From NCBI GenBank assembly GCA_964535105.1, contig CAZHSO010000001.1:1779-65778 (forward strand): 64,000 nt of DNA, read 5' to 3'. Positions 36,559 to 45,472 of the stretch are shown here, piece by piece. The translations under genes were made by a program, and so were the position numbers. Origin of the DNA: an uncultured Gemmatimonas sp. Its GTDB lineage: Bacteria; Gemmatimonadota; Gemmatimonadetes; Gemmatimonadales; GWC2-71-9. Each line of letters opens with the position of its first letter. Position 1 is the stretch's first letter. The notes below the pieces were generated by a model, which saw only the letters and a program-made list of their open reading frames with translations, was not told where the DNA came from and ran no database searches.

Positions 36559-38288
36559 CGCTGCCCTTCCCACGCTGGGTTCTGGCGCCCGAGCCCGAAG
36601 CGGGCGCGGCGCAGGCGCTCGCCCGGGAGCTCTCCATTCCGGCCCCCCTCGCCGCATTGCTGGTGCAGCGCGGCCTCTCCGGGGCCGATGCGGCGCGGAC
36701 CTTTCTTCGTCCGTCACTCGAGCAGCTGAGCGATCCGATGTCCCTTGCCGGCCTGCGGGATGCGGTCGCCGCCATTGCGGGCGCGGTGGCGCGACGGGAG
36801 ACGATCGTCGTGCACGGGGATTACGACGTCGACGGCCAGTGCGCCACCGCGCTGCTGACGCGCGCGCTCCGGCAGACGGGCGCGGAGGTCCACGCCTTCG
36901 TGCCGCACCGGATTCGCGATGGTTACGACTTCGGCCCCGCCGGCCTCGCCTTCGCGGTCGCGACCGGAGCGAAGCTGATCGTCACCTGCGACTGCGGCAT
37001 CACGGCGGTGGAGACGGTGGGCCAGGCCGAGGCCGCCGGCATCCGCGTGGTGGTGACCGATCACCACTTGCCGGGCGCCGAGCTTCCTCCCGCGACCGCC
37101 GTCGTCGACCCGGAGCGTCTCGACGATCGCTCGGGCCTGGGGATGCTGTGCGGCACCGGGATCGCGTTCAAGCTGGTGCAGGCGCTGGTACCCGCGCTCG
37201 GGCTGCCCTCCGCGCTCCCGATGCATCTGCTCGATTACGTCGCCCTCGCCACCGTGGCCGACGTGGTGCCGCTGACCGGCGAGAATCGCATCCTGGTGCG
37301 GCACGGTCTCCGCCTCCTGAGCCAGAGCCGCTGGCCCGGCCTCCGGGCGCTGATCGAGACCAGCGGGTTAGGACAGGGAGAGCTCCGCGCCGGACAGGTC
37401 GGCTTCATCCTCGCGCCGCGTCTCAACGCCGCGGGGCGGGTCGGGGAGGCGGCCGACGGGCTCCGCCTCCTCCTCACCGACAGTCCCGACGAAGCGACGA
37501 TGCTCGCCCAGCGGCTCGAGCGTCTCAACGAAGAGCGGCAAGCGCTTGACCAGCGTTTTCTCGAGGAGGCGATCGCCCAGGTCGAAGCGGCGGGCCCGCT
37601 CGACCGGCGCGCCGGCATCGTGCTATGCTCCGACGACTGGCACCCCGGCGTCGTCGGAATCGTCGCCTCGCGGGTGGTCGAGCGCTACGGCCGGCCGACC
37701 TTCCTCGTCTGCTTCGACGGCGACATCGGGAAGGGGTCGGGACGGAGCATTGCCCGCTTCGATTTGCACAGCGCGCTGACGGAATGCGGCGATCTGCTCG
37801 AGCGCTACGGCGGGCACAAAATGGCGGCGGGCGTGACCCTGCGGCGGGAGAACTTTCCGGCGTTCCGGGAGCGATTCGAGCGGCTGGCGGGCGACCGGCT
37901 CGGGTTCGACGATCTCGGTCCGGAGCAACGCGTGGATCTCGAGATCCCGCTCGACGAGGCCACCGACGAGCTCGAAAAGCTCTGCCGTCATCTGGAGCCG
38001 TGCGGCATGGGCAACGCGGCGCCGGTCTTCGGGGTCCGCGGAGTGGAATTCACCCGGCGGCAAAAAGTCGGGACCAACCACGTCAAGGGCGCGCTCCAGG
38101 ACCCGTCGCGCTCACTCGACGCGATCGGCTTCCGTCTCGCCGATCGTCTCGCCGAGCTTGGTGGCGGACCCGTCGATGCGGCATTCCGGCTGGAGCTGAA
38201 CGAGTTTCGCGGGCTCACCACGCTGCAAGCCCGGCTGCTTGCCGTCACACCGCACCGGCCGGCGGGCGGGCGCGGCAATGGGCAGTGA
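36555..38288 (+). CDS. recJ: single-stranded-DNA-specific exonuclease RecJ
   Basis: Start at ATG 36555 (ATGA overlap with the upstream gene). DHH motifs VVHGDYDVDG, TCDCG, VTDHH and a DHHA1 GGHKMAAG. Confidence 0.9.
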   Translation: MTLPFPRWVLAPEPEAGAAQALARELSIPAPLAALLVQRGLSGADAARTFLRPSLEQLSDPMSLAGLRDAVAAIAGAVARRETIVVHGDYDVDGQCATALLTRALRQTGAEVHAFVPHRIRDGYDFGPAGLAFAVATGAKLIVTCDCGITAVETVGQAEAAGIRVVVTDHHLPGAELPPATAVVDPERLDDRSGLGMLCGTGIAFKLVQALVPALGLPSALPMHLLDYVALATVADVVPLTGENRILVRHGLRLLSQSRWPGLRALIETSGLGQGELRAGQVGFILAPRLNAAGRVGEAADGLRLLLTDSPDEATMLAQRLERLNEERQALDQRFLEEAIAQVEAAGPLDRRAGIVLCSDDWHPGVVGIVASRVVERYGRPTFLVCFDGDIGKGSGRSIARFDLHSALTECGDLLERYGGHKMAAGVTLRRENFPAFRERFERLAGDRLGFDDLGPEQRVDLEIPLDEATDELEKLCRHLEPCGMGNAAPVFGVRGVEFTRRQKVGTNHVKGALQDPSRSLDAIGFRLADRLAELGGGPVDAAFRLELNEFRGLTTLQARLLAVTPHRPAGGRGNGQ

Positions 38289-38803
38289 CCCGCATCATCG
38301 CCGGGGAGTTCGGCGGACGACGGCTCACCACGCCGTCGGACCCGAGAGTGCGGCCCACCGCCGACCGGGTGCGGGAGGCCTGGATGAGCATTCTCGGTGA
38401 GCGGCTTGCGGGCGCGCGCGTGCTTGACCTCTTCGCGGGCTCAGGCGCCCTTGGCCTTGAAGCGCTGAGCCGGGGCGCCGCATCCGCGACCATGGTCGAG
38501 CTCGCCCCAGCGTCGCTCGTCGCCATCCGGGCCAACGTTGCCTCCCTCGGCGTCGAGGAGCGGGTGACGGTGCGCCGGGAGGACGCCATGCGCTTCGTGG
38601 CGCAGCTCGGCCCGCGGGCATACGATGTGGCGCTCGCCGATCCCCCCTACACGGTCGACCACGCTGCCGAGTTGGTGGCCGCATTCCGGAGAGTTCCGTT
38701 CGCTGGGCTGCTGGCGGTCGAGCACCCCGCGCGGGAAACCCCGGGCGGCGATGAAACCCGGCGATACGGCGACATCGCCCTTACCTTCTGTTACGCCCCA
38801 TGA
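38285..38803 (+). CDS. rsmD: 16S rRNA (guanine966-N2)-methyltransferase
   Basis: GTG 38285 (GTGA overlap with the recJ stop). VTRIIAGEFGGRRL, VRPTADRVREA, LDLFAGSGALGLEALSRGA and DPPY. Confidence 0.88.
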   Translation: MTRIIAGEFGGRRLTTPSDPRVRPTADRVREAWMSILGERLAGARVLDLFAGSGALGLEALSRGAASATMVELAPASLVAIRANVASLGVEERVTVRREDAMRFVAQLGPRAYDVALADPPYTVDHAAELVAAFRRVPFAGLLAVEHPARETPGGDETRRYGDIALTFCYAP

Positions 38804-39282
38804 CACGTATCGCCCTCTATCCCGGCTCCTTCGATCCCCCCACGCGGGGTCACGAGGACCTGATCCGGCGGAGCCTCACGCTCGCCGATCGGGTGATCGT
38901 CGGGATCGCGGTGAATTCGAGCAAGCAGCCGCTGTTCAGTGCGGACGAGCGCCTCGACATGCTTCGCCATACGCTGGGCAATGATCCGCGGATCGGATTC
39001 GACACCTTCGAGGGACTGGTGGCCGACTACGCCGCGCGCATCGGCGCGTCGGTGCTGGTTCGGGGGCTCCGCGCGGTGGGCGACTTCGAGTACGAGTTCC
39101 AGATGGCGCTGATGAACCGTCAGCTCCTCGCCGGACTGGAAACGGTGTTCCTGGTCCCGGCGCAGGGGCTCTCGTATATCAGCTCGAGCCTGGTGCGGGA
39201 GGTCGCACGCTACGGCGGGGATGTAAGCGAGCTGGTGCACCCCGTGGTCGTCGAGGCGCTGCGACGGCACTTCCGCTCGTGA
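38800..39282 (+). CDS. coaD: phosphopantetheine adenylyltransferase
   Basis: Motifs YPGSFDPPTRGHEDL and ISSSLVRE. 160 aa. Confidence 0.93.
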   Translation: MTRIALYPGSFDPPTRGHEDLIRRSLTLADRVIVGIAVNSSKQPLFSADERLDMLRHTLGNDPRIGFDTFEGLVADYAARIGASVLVRGLRAVGDFEYEFQMALMNRQLLAGLETVFLVPAQGLSYISSSLVREVARYGGDVSELVHPVVVEALRRHFRS

Positions 39283-39526
39283 GTCTGGAAGCGCTGCTCG
39301 GTCGGGCCCGCCGCAATCGTGCCCGTGTCGTGCTCGCTGGAGGAGACGACGGGATGGTCGAGGCGATCGCGGGACGGCGCGGGAGCCGGCGGGCGCCCGG
39401 CTGCTGGGACCGCTCCTGCTTGGGCCCGCCTGGGTGGTGATGGGCGTGACGGAGGATGCGGATGACGGGGAGATGGCGGGCACCGTCGCGCTGGCTGCGC
39501 TGGTTGCCGCCCGGGCAGACACCTGA
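39279..39526 (+). pseudogene. possible decayed 5' fragment of a phosphate acetyl/butyryl-transferase (Pta/Ptb-family) gene
   Basis: From GTG 39279, the translation VSLEALLGRARRNRARVVLAGGDDGMVEAIAG resembles Pta N-termini (..RIV.PEG.DERVL.A). After a frameshift it continues AREPAGARLLGPLLLGP... and ends at TGA 39524. It is far too short for the enzyme. Confidence 0.3.
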
Positions 39527-39538
39527 AGGAGGGAGCGA

Positions 39539-39871
39539 ATGGGATTCACCAAAGTGCAGAACGACGGCGTGGCTGTTCTCAAGGTCGAGGGCCAGCTCAT
39601 CGTGGGGAACCGCCAGGAGCTCAAAGGCATGGTGCAGGACGGACTCGATAGCGGCGAACGCAAGTTCGTGATCGACTGCACCCAGACCGGCTATATCGAT
39701 TCCTCCGGCCTCGGCGCGCTGGTCTCGCTTTCGAAGAAGGTGCGCGAGCAGGGGGGCGAGCTCCGGATTGCGGGGCTCAATGAAGATCTCCGCGCGCTGT
39801 TCGAGCTCACCAAGCTCGATACCCTCTTCCACATCTCGCCGACCGCCGCCGAGGCCCTCGCGGGCTTCTGA
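39539..39871 (+). CDS. STAS-domain anti-sigma-factor antagonist (SpoIIAA/RsbV-like)
   Basis: AAGGAGGG Shine-Dalgarno 6 nt upstream. YIDSSGLGALV contains the phosphorylatable Ser context. 110 aa. Confidence 0.85.
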   Translation: MGFTKVQNDGVAVLKVEGQLIVGNRQELKGMVQDGLDSGERKFVIDCTQTGYIDSSGLGALVSLSKKVREQGGELRIAGLNEDLRALFELTKLDTLFHISPTAAEALAGF

Positions 39872-39872
39872 C

Positions 39873-40367
39873 ATGGACGACGGCGTCGCGGCGCCACTGC
39901 GCCTCTGCGTTCGCCGCTCGATGGCGGAGCCCGGTCCGCCCGGGGAGGGCACCCCTCCCGCGACGGTATGGGTCGCGATACGGGTGCCCGCCGACGTGCG
40001 GTGTGTTGAGGAGGCGGTGGAGCTGATGGCGCGGCACTGCTTTGCCGGCGCCGAGCCGTCCCGGCGCACCAGCTTCCGGCTCCGCGTGCTCCTGGCGGAA
40101 GCCCTCACCAATAGCATCCTTTTCGGCGCCGGTGGCGATCCCAACCGCGCGGTGCGGGTGGCGGCGGAGCTCGGCGCCAGCACCATCCGTCTCCAAGTCA
40201 CCGACGACGGACCCGGCTTCGACCCGATGGCCGTGACGGATCCGACCTCGCCCGCCGCGGTGAGGCGTCCCGTCGGCAGAGGCCTCTTCCTCATCAGGAA
40301 TCTCGCCGACCGCGTCGAATTCAATGCGCAGGGGAATACGATCTGGATGACGCTGCCGCGCGCCTGA
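39873..40367 (+). CDS. anti-sigma regulatory factor, serine protein kinase (RsbW/SpoIIAB-like HATPase)
   Basis: ATG 39873 lies 1 nt after the STAS stop. N box EALTNSILFG, G boxes DDGPGFD and GRGLFLI. Confidence 0.75.
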   Translation: MDDGVAAPLRLCVRRSMAEPGPPGEGTPPATVWVAIRVPADVRCVEEAVELMARHCFAGAEPSRRTSFRLRVLLAEALTNSILFGAGGDPNRAVRVAAELGASTIRLQVTDDGPGFDPMAVTDPTSPAAVRRPVGRGLFLIRNLADRVEFNAQGNTIWMTLPRA

Positions 40368-40450
40368 CGCGGTTACGCCCCGTCCTCGAGGCACTCGATG
40401 GCGCCGCCACGGCGCGCCCGCGACTCTGGCGTGCCGAGGGGTTCGAGCTC

Positions 40451-41902
40451 GTGCCGGCCTACGGGAACGAGCCATCGCCCCGCATTCCGCTTCCAGCGGG
40501 GGCGGAGTCGGTGCCCTCTCCCGGCGGCGGCACGATCCGGCCGCTGGGCGCGGGGGCTCCGCTGTGGCTGGAGACGTCCTGCGGTCGGGAAGGGGACGCG
40601 ATGCTGGCCCTCTTCGGCCTCTTCCTCCGCGCCGACCGGGAGACCGCGCACCTGTCCGAAGAGCTGGCCACGCGATACGAGGAGATCGATCTCCTCTACA
40701 CCCTCAACGACATTCTCGGACAGGCCCTCCGCCTCGAAGACGCGGCGGGAACGATCATCCGCGCGGTGAGCGACGTCGTCGGCGCCGCGCGGGCGTCGCT
40801 CGCCGTCCTCGACGAGGAGTCCCGGTGCCTGCGCACCGTCGCCGCTCAGGGGTTCGACGGGAGCCGCGTCGCCGACATTCCCCTCGACGATCCGGTCTCG
40901 GTTGCCGCACGCGCGGTGCGCGAGCGGGAGCCGCAGATCGGGGATGCCGGAACGGGGCCGCATGAGGGCCGGGGATATCGCGGCGGCGCATACATGAGCG
41001 TGCCGATCACGTACCGGACTCCGGGAGGCACCTCCCGCTGTGTCGGTGTGATCAACCTCACCGACCGGATTCGCGATGGGCGGTTCAGCGCCACCGATCA
41101 GAAGCTGGTGACCGCTGCGGCCAACCAGATCGGGGCCGCGATCGAGCTCGCGCGTCTCGCGGCACGGCAGCGGGAGCAGCAGCGCCTGCAGGATCAGCTC
41201 GAGGTCGCCCATCACCTGCAGCGCTCCCTCCTCCCCGCGCCGGACGTCCTCCGGGGCGATGCAGAGGTCGCGGTCCGCTGCTTTCCCGCCGAGCAGGTCG
41301 GGGGGGATTTCTATTACTTCAACCGGCTCGGGCTCGGACTGGTCGGGGTGATGGTCGGCGACGTCTCGTCTCACGGGATCTCCGCCGCGATCGTGATGGC
41401 GGCCGTGATGGCGGCGGCCGGCATCCACGCCGCGGGTGGCGACACGCCGGACCGTGCGCTCACGGCGCTGGGCGGAAGCCTTGCTGCCAAGCTCGCCTCG
41501 TCGGACACCTACCTCACGATCTTCTACGGCATCCTCGATCCGATCAACCGGCGGCTGACCTGGGCGAATGCCGGGCATCCACATGCATTTCGGCTTCCGG
41601 CGGAGGGCGCCGCCGAGCGGCTCGAGTCGACCGCGCCGCCGCTCGGACTCGGCGGCTCCGAGATCCTGTGCCGCTCCACTCCCTGGATCGCGGGCCGGGA
41701 TCTCCTCTGCGTGTGGACCGATGGGCTCGTCGATGCGGAGAACCTGGCGGGTGAACGGTTCGGCGAGGCGCGCCTCCTGGCGCTGCTCGGGGCGCGACGT
41801 GCCTGGAACCCAGAGCTGATCGTGGCGGACGTGATGGCGCAGGCGGACGCATTTTCGCCGCACCCCGCCGACGACCGAACACTGCTGGTGCTCCGGCTCT
41901 GA
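40451..41902 (+). CDS. GAF-domain PP2C (SpoIIE-family) serine phosphatase
   Basis: GAF region (LEDAAGTIIRAVSDVVGAARASLAVLDEE...), then PP2C motifs VGGDFYYF, VGDVSSHG and WTDGLVDAEN. Start uncertain: the frame is open upstream without a canonical start codon, and ATG 40601 is also possible. Confidence 0.8.
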   Translation: MPAYGNEPSPRIPLPAGAESVPSPGGGTIRPLGAGAPLWLETSCGREGDAMLALFGLFLRADRETAHLSEELATRYEEIDLLYTLNDILGQALRLEDAAGTIIRAVSDVVGAARASLAVLDEESRCLRTVAAQGFDGSRVADIPLDDPVSVAARAVREREPQIGDAGTGPHEGRGYRGGAYMSVPITYRTPGGTSRCVGVINLTDRIRDGRFSATDQKLVTAAANQIGAAIELARLAARQREQQRLQDQLEVAHHLQRSLLPAPDVLRGDAEVAVRCFPAEQVGGDFYYFNRLGLGLVGVMVGDVSSHGISAAIVMAAVMAAAGIHAAGGDTPDRALTALGGSLAAKLASSDTYLTIFYGILDPINRRLTWANAGHPHAFRLPAEGAAERLESTAPPLGLGGSEILCRSTPWIAGRDLLCVWTDGLVDAENLAGERFGEARLLALLGARRAWNPELIVADVMAQADAFSPHPADDRTLLVLRL

Positions 41903-41904
41903 TC

Positions 41905-42708
41905 GTGCGGACCCGGAAACGGTTCGGTCAGCACTTCCTCCATCATCGCTCCATTCTCGAACGCATCGCGGAGGCGCTCGCTCCCGGGCCGGGCGACCTG
42001 GTGCTCGAAATCGGCCCGGGCCCTGGTGCGCTCACCGAAGCGCTTGCGGCCCGTGGCCCGCGCGTGGTCGCGATCGAGAAAGACCGGGACCTGGTATCCG
42101 TCGTCCGTAAGCGGGTGCCCGGCGCGCGCATTGTTGAAGGCGACGCGCTGGAGCTCGACTGGCGTGACGTTGCGGGAGCGCGGCCCGGGGAGGCGCTCCT
42201 CGTGACCGGCAACATTCCCTACAACATCACCACGCCGCTCCTCGATCATGCCCTCACGCCGCCGCGCCCCGCGCGGATTGTATTTCTCGTCCAGAGGGAG
42301 GTCGCCGATCGTCTCGTCGCTCCTCCCGGCAACAAGGTCTACGGGGCGCTGAGCGTCGGTGTGCAGGCGGTGGCGCGGATCGAAAAGCTTTTCCCGGTGC
42401 CGGCTGGCGCCTTCGCGCCTCCTCCGAAAGTCGATTCGTCGGTGATTCGTATCACGCCGCTCGAGGATCCTCTGATTGCCGATTCCCTGATTCCGGCATT
42501 CCGGCGGCTGGTTGTGGGACTCTTCGGCTTCCGGCGGAAGCAGCTGGTCCGCGGGCTTCGCGAACTCACCGGATGGCCCGCCGAGCAGGTGGGGGAGGCG
42601 CTCGGGCTCGCGGGCATCTCCCCGGAGGCGCGGCCCGAGACGGTCGCGCCGGCGGAGTTCTCCCGGCTGCTCACCGTTCTCATTGACGGGGGATGGCGGC
42701 CGGACTAG
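41905..42708 (+). CDS. rsmA: 16S rRNA (adenine1518/1519-N6)-dimethyltransferase
   Basis: Motifs KRFGQHFL, VLEIGPGPGALT and GNIPYNITTPLL. Confidence 0.92.
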   Translation: MRTRKRFGQHFLHHRSILERIAEALAPGPGDLVLEIGPGPGALTEALAARGPRVVAIEKDRDLVSVVRKRVPGARIVEGDALELDWRDVAGARPGEALLVTGNIPYNITTPLLDHALTPPRPARIVFLVQREVADRLVAPPGNKVYGALSVGVQAVARIEKLFPVPAGAFAPPPKVDSSVIRITPLEDPLIADSLIPAFRRLVVGLFGFRRKQLVRGLRELTGWPAEQVGEALGLAGISPEARPETVAPAEFSRLLTVLIDGGWRPD

Positions 42709-42727
42709 CTTTGTGAAAACTTTCACA

Positions 42728-43360
42728 ATGCCAGTGCCCGTGCGCAAGATCGCCGAATCCACCGTCCGCCGTCTCTCGCTCTATTTGCGGTTCCTCGAGG
42801 AATTCGAGGAGCAGGGAGCGACGACCGTCAGCTCCGAGGCGCTCGCGTCGCTGGGGGGGACGACGTCCGCCCAGGTACGGAAGGATCTTTCCTTCTTCGG
42901 GTCCTTTGGCAAGCGCGGGCTCGGCTACCAGGTTCCCGCCCTCAAGAGCCGGCTACGCGACATTCTCGGCCTCGATCGGCGATACCGCGTCGTCGTGGTG
43001 GGGGCGGGGAAGATCGGACGCGCCCTGGTCCAGTACGGCGGGTTCCGCGCCCGAGGATTCGACCTGGTCGCCATCTACGATAACGATCCGAAAAAGTTCG
43101 GCCGGGAGTGGAACGGTCTCCTGGTTCGCGACGTCCGCGAGCTGGAGCGTGATCTCGCGCGCGAGCAGGCGGATATTGCCGCGGTCGTCACCCCCGCCGA
43201 CGCGGCGCAGGGTGTCGCCGACCGCCTGGTCAAATGCGGAATCAGCGCCATCCTGAATTTTGCCCCGGTGCGGCTGCAAGTTCCCGAGCCGGTGACGGTG
43301 AAGTCGGTCAATCTCGTGCTGGAGCTGGAGGCGTTGTCGTACGTACTCGCTAACCGCTAG
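42728..43360 (+). CDS. rex: redox-sensing transcriptional repressor Rex
   Basis: ATG 42728. TVRRLSLYLRFL..., SSEALA...AQVRKDLSFFGSFGKRGLGY and Rossmann VVVVGAGKIGRAL. The listed start 42512 lies inside ksgA. Confidence 0.9.
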   Translation: MPVPVRKIAESTVRRLSLYLRFLEEFEEQGATTVSSEALASLGGTTSAQVRKDLSFFGSFGKRGLGYQVPALKSRLRDILGLDRRYRVVVVGAGKIGRALVQYGGFRARGFDLVAIYDNDPKKFGREWNGLLVRDVRELERDLAREQADIAAVVTPADAAQGVADRLVKCGISAILNFAPVRLQVPEPVTVKSVNLVLELEALSYVLANR

Positions 43361-43417
43361 CGAAGAGCGAGTCGCGAGGAGCGAAGCGGTTGTTCCTCTT
43401 CGCTCCTCGCTCTTCGC
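43360..43417 (+). terminator. long GC-rich hairpin after rex
   Basis: gcgaagagc...gaggagcgaag (43360-43386) pairs with cttcgctcctcgctcttcgc (43398-43417). It starts at the last base of the rex stop codon and is followed by a T-rich stretch. Confidence 0.55.
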
Positions 43418-43436
43418 TACTCCCTTATCTTGATTC

Positions 43437-44663
43437 ATGCCGGCGATCAGCGTTACCTCCGAGATCGGTGCCTTGAGCGCGGTCCTTGTGCACACCCCCG
43501 GTCTCGAGCTCGAAGCGGTGACACCGGGGAATCGCGAAGACTTCCTCTACGATGATCTGATCGGCCTCGAAGTGTCGGCCCGCGAGCATGCCCGCCTTAA
43601 GGCGGTCCTCCGCCGCTTTGCCACGGTCTATGAGATCGGGGATCTGCTCGTGGAGGTGCTCGACCAGCCCGAGGCGCGCGACTACCTCATCTCGCGCACG
43701 ATGGATGTGGTGCCCTCGGAGCCGCTGGCGCAGCAGCTGAGCAAGCTCCCCGCCCGCGCGATCGTGAAGATGGTGATCGAGGGCACCGAGGAGATTCCCG
43801 GCCCCATCGCGAGCGCGCTCAACGAAACCGGCTTCATTCTGCCGCCCCTCCCCAATCTCTTCTTTCCGCGTGACATCGGGTTGGTCATCGGCAGCCACGC
43901 GGTCGTGGGTTCGATGCGCTACGGGACCCGCTGGACCGAAGAGCTGCTCATCAAGACGCTCTTCGCGTTTCATCCCGCCCTCGCCAACGAGGGAATCCTT
44001 TACGACGGGTCGGAGGAGCGGCGCAGCAACTACACCCTCGAAGGCGGGGATGTTCATGTGCTCCGGGATGATCTCCTCCTGGTGGGATTCAGCGAGCGCT
44101 CTTCCCCCGGCGCCCTCGACCGGCTGGCCGATTCGGTCTTCAGCCGGGCCGGGGTCAAGGACGTGATCGTCGTCGTGATGCCGAACAACCCGACGGCGAT
44201 CCACCTCGACATGCTGTTCACCCACATCGACCGCGATCTCTGTGTGGTCTTTCCCCCGAGTTTCATCGGGCCCGAGCGGCTCACGATTCTCCACCGCCAC
44301 AAGGGAGAGAGTGGCGTCCGCGAGCAGCCTGATCTCTTTACCGCGCTGGCGCAGGTCGCGATGCCGCTCGAGCCGGTCCTCGCAGGCGGAACCCGGCGGC
44401 TCACCCAGGAGCGGGAACAGTGGGCCTCCGGCTGCAATTTTCTTGCGACCGCGCCCGGGGTGATCGTGAGCTACGCCCGGAACGAGGAAACGCTGCGCCA
44501 GCTCCAGCTCGCCGGCTTCACCATTCTTCCGAGCGCCGAGTTCCTGGCCGATACGGCGCTTCCCGCCGGGCGCACCGCGATCACCATCGAGGGGGGAGAG
44601 CTGGTGCGAGGAGGCGGCGGTCCGCGCTGCATGACCATGCCGATCCTCCGGGACGAGCCATGA
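43437..44663 (+). CDS. arcA: arginine deiminase-family (guanidino-group modifying) enzyme
   Basis: N-terminus VTSEIGALSAVLVHTPG, FPRD, EGGDV, and a C-terminal GGGGPRCMTMPI motif with the catalytic Cys. Confidence 0.75.
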   Translation: MPAISVTSEIGALSAVLVHTPGLELEAVTPGNREDFLYDDLIGLEVSAREHARLKAVLRRFATVYEIGDLLVEVLDQPEARDYLISRTMDVVPSEPLAQQLSKLPARAIVKMVIEGTEEIPGPIASALNETGFILPPLPNLFFPRDIGLVIGSHAVVGSMRYGTRWTEELLIKTLFAFHPALANEGILYDGSEERRSNYTLEGGDVHVLRDDLLLVGFSERSSPGALDRLADSVFSRAGVKDVIVVVMPNNPTAIHLDMLFTHIDRDLCVVFPPSFIGPERLTILHRHKGESGVREQPDLFTALAQVAMPLEPVLAGGTRRLTQEREQWASGCNFLATAPGVIVSYARNEETLRQLQLAGFTILPSAEFLADTALPAGRTAITIEGGELVRGGGGPRCMTMPILRDEP

Positions 44664-45472
44664 GCGGGGTCCTCGCGGCCCTGCCGGCGTCCACCCTCGT
44701 GGACCGGTCGCTCGTTGCGCTGGCCGAATCTCCGCGATCGGCTGGGTGGCTGGCGACGAGCATCCTGGGCCTTCCGAATGTTCCCGAGATCGTCGCCGAG
44801 CGGCTCGCCATGGCCCTGCTCGGGGCGGACCCCCGCGTCCGCCGGCTGGCCGACGGCCGGTGGAGTGTGGTCGCGGCGGCGGCCGGGCCACCGCTCATCG
44901 AGGAGTGTGCCTTCGCTGTGGTGGACGTGGAGACCACCGGGATGCGCGCCTCGGGGGACGATCGCATCACCGAGATTGCGGTGGTGCTGGTGCACGGCGA
45001 GCGTCGTGAGCTCCTGTTCGAGTCGCTGATCAATCCGGGGCGCCCGATTCCCGCGATGATCAGCTCGATGACCGGCATCACCGACACGATGGTGCGTGCG
45101 GCACCGCGGTTCGAGGAGGTTGCAGGGCAGGTGCTCGATGCGCTGGCGGGCCGGGTCTTCGTCGCCCACAATGCCCGCTTCGACTGGGGCTTCGTCTCCG
45201 CCGAGGTGCGCCGGGCGCGGGATCAGCGGCTCGACGGGGCGAGGCTCTGCACCGTTCGCCTCGCCCGGAGGCTGGTGCAGGGCGCCACCTCCTGCTCGCT
45301 GGGCGCCCTGACCGAGCGCTTTGCTTTCGAGAACCCCGCGCGCCACCGGGCGGCGGGAGACGCGCTCGTCACTGCGCAGCTGCTGCACCGGCTGCTCTGC
45401 CTCGCGCGCGACGCCGGCGCGCGGACCGTGCCCGATCTCGAAGTGCTGCAGGTTGCCCGGGTGCGCCGCTGA
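44660..45472 (+). CDS. DnaQ-like 3'-5' exonuclease (DNA polymerase III epsilon family) with N-terminal extension
   Basis: ATG 44660 (ATGA overlap with the upstream gene). ExoI FAVVDVETTG, ExoII FVAHNARFD and ExoIII HRAAGDA. Confidence 0.85.
   Translation: MSGVLAALPASTLVDRSLVALAESPRSAGWLATSILGLPNVPEIVAERLAMALLGADPRVRRLADGRWSVVAAAAGPPLIEECAFAVVDVETTGMRASGDDRITEIAVVLVHGERRELLFESLINPGRPIPAMISSMTGITDTMVRAAPRFEEVAGQVLDALAGRVFVAHNARFDWGFVSAEVRRARDQRLDGARLCTVRLARRLVQGATSCSLGALTERFAFENPARHRAAGDALVTAQLLHRLLCLARDAGARTVPDLEVLQVARVRR

Noticed and set aside
33094-36717. 1207-aa ORF on the minus strand, the longest ORF in the window
   Set aside because: It lies antisense to mutS2, dnaG and the zinc-ribbon gene, all of which have clear conserved motifs. 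Its translation is Arg/Ala/Gly/Pro-rich low-complexity sequence, as expected from the reverse frame of GC-rich genes.
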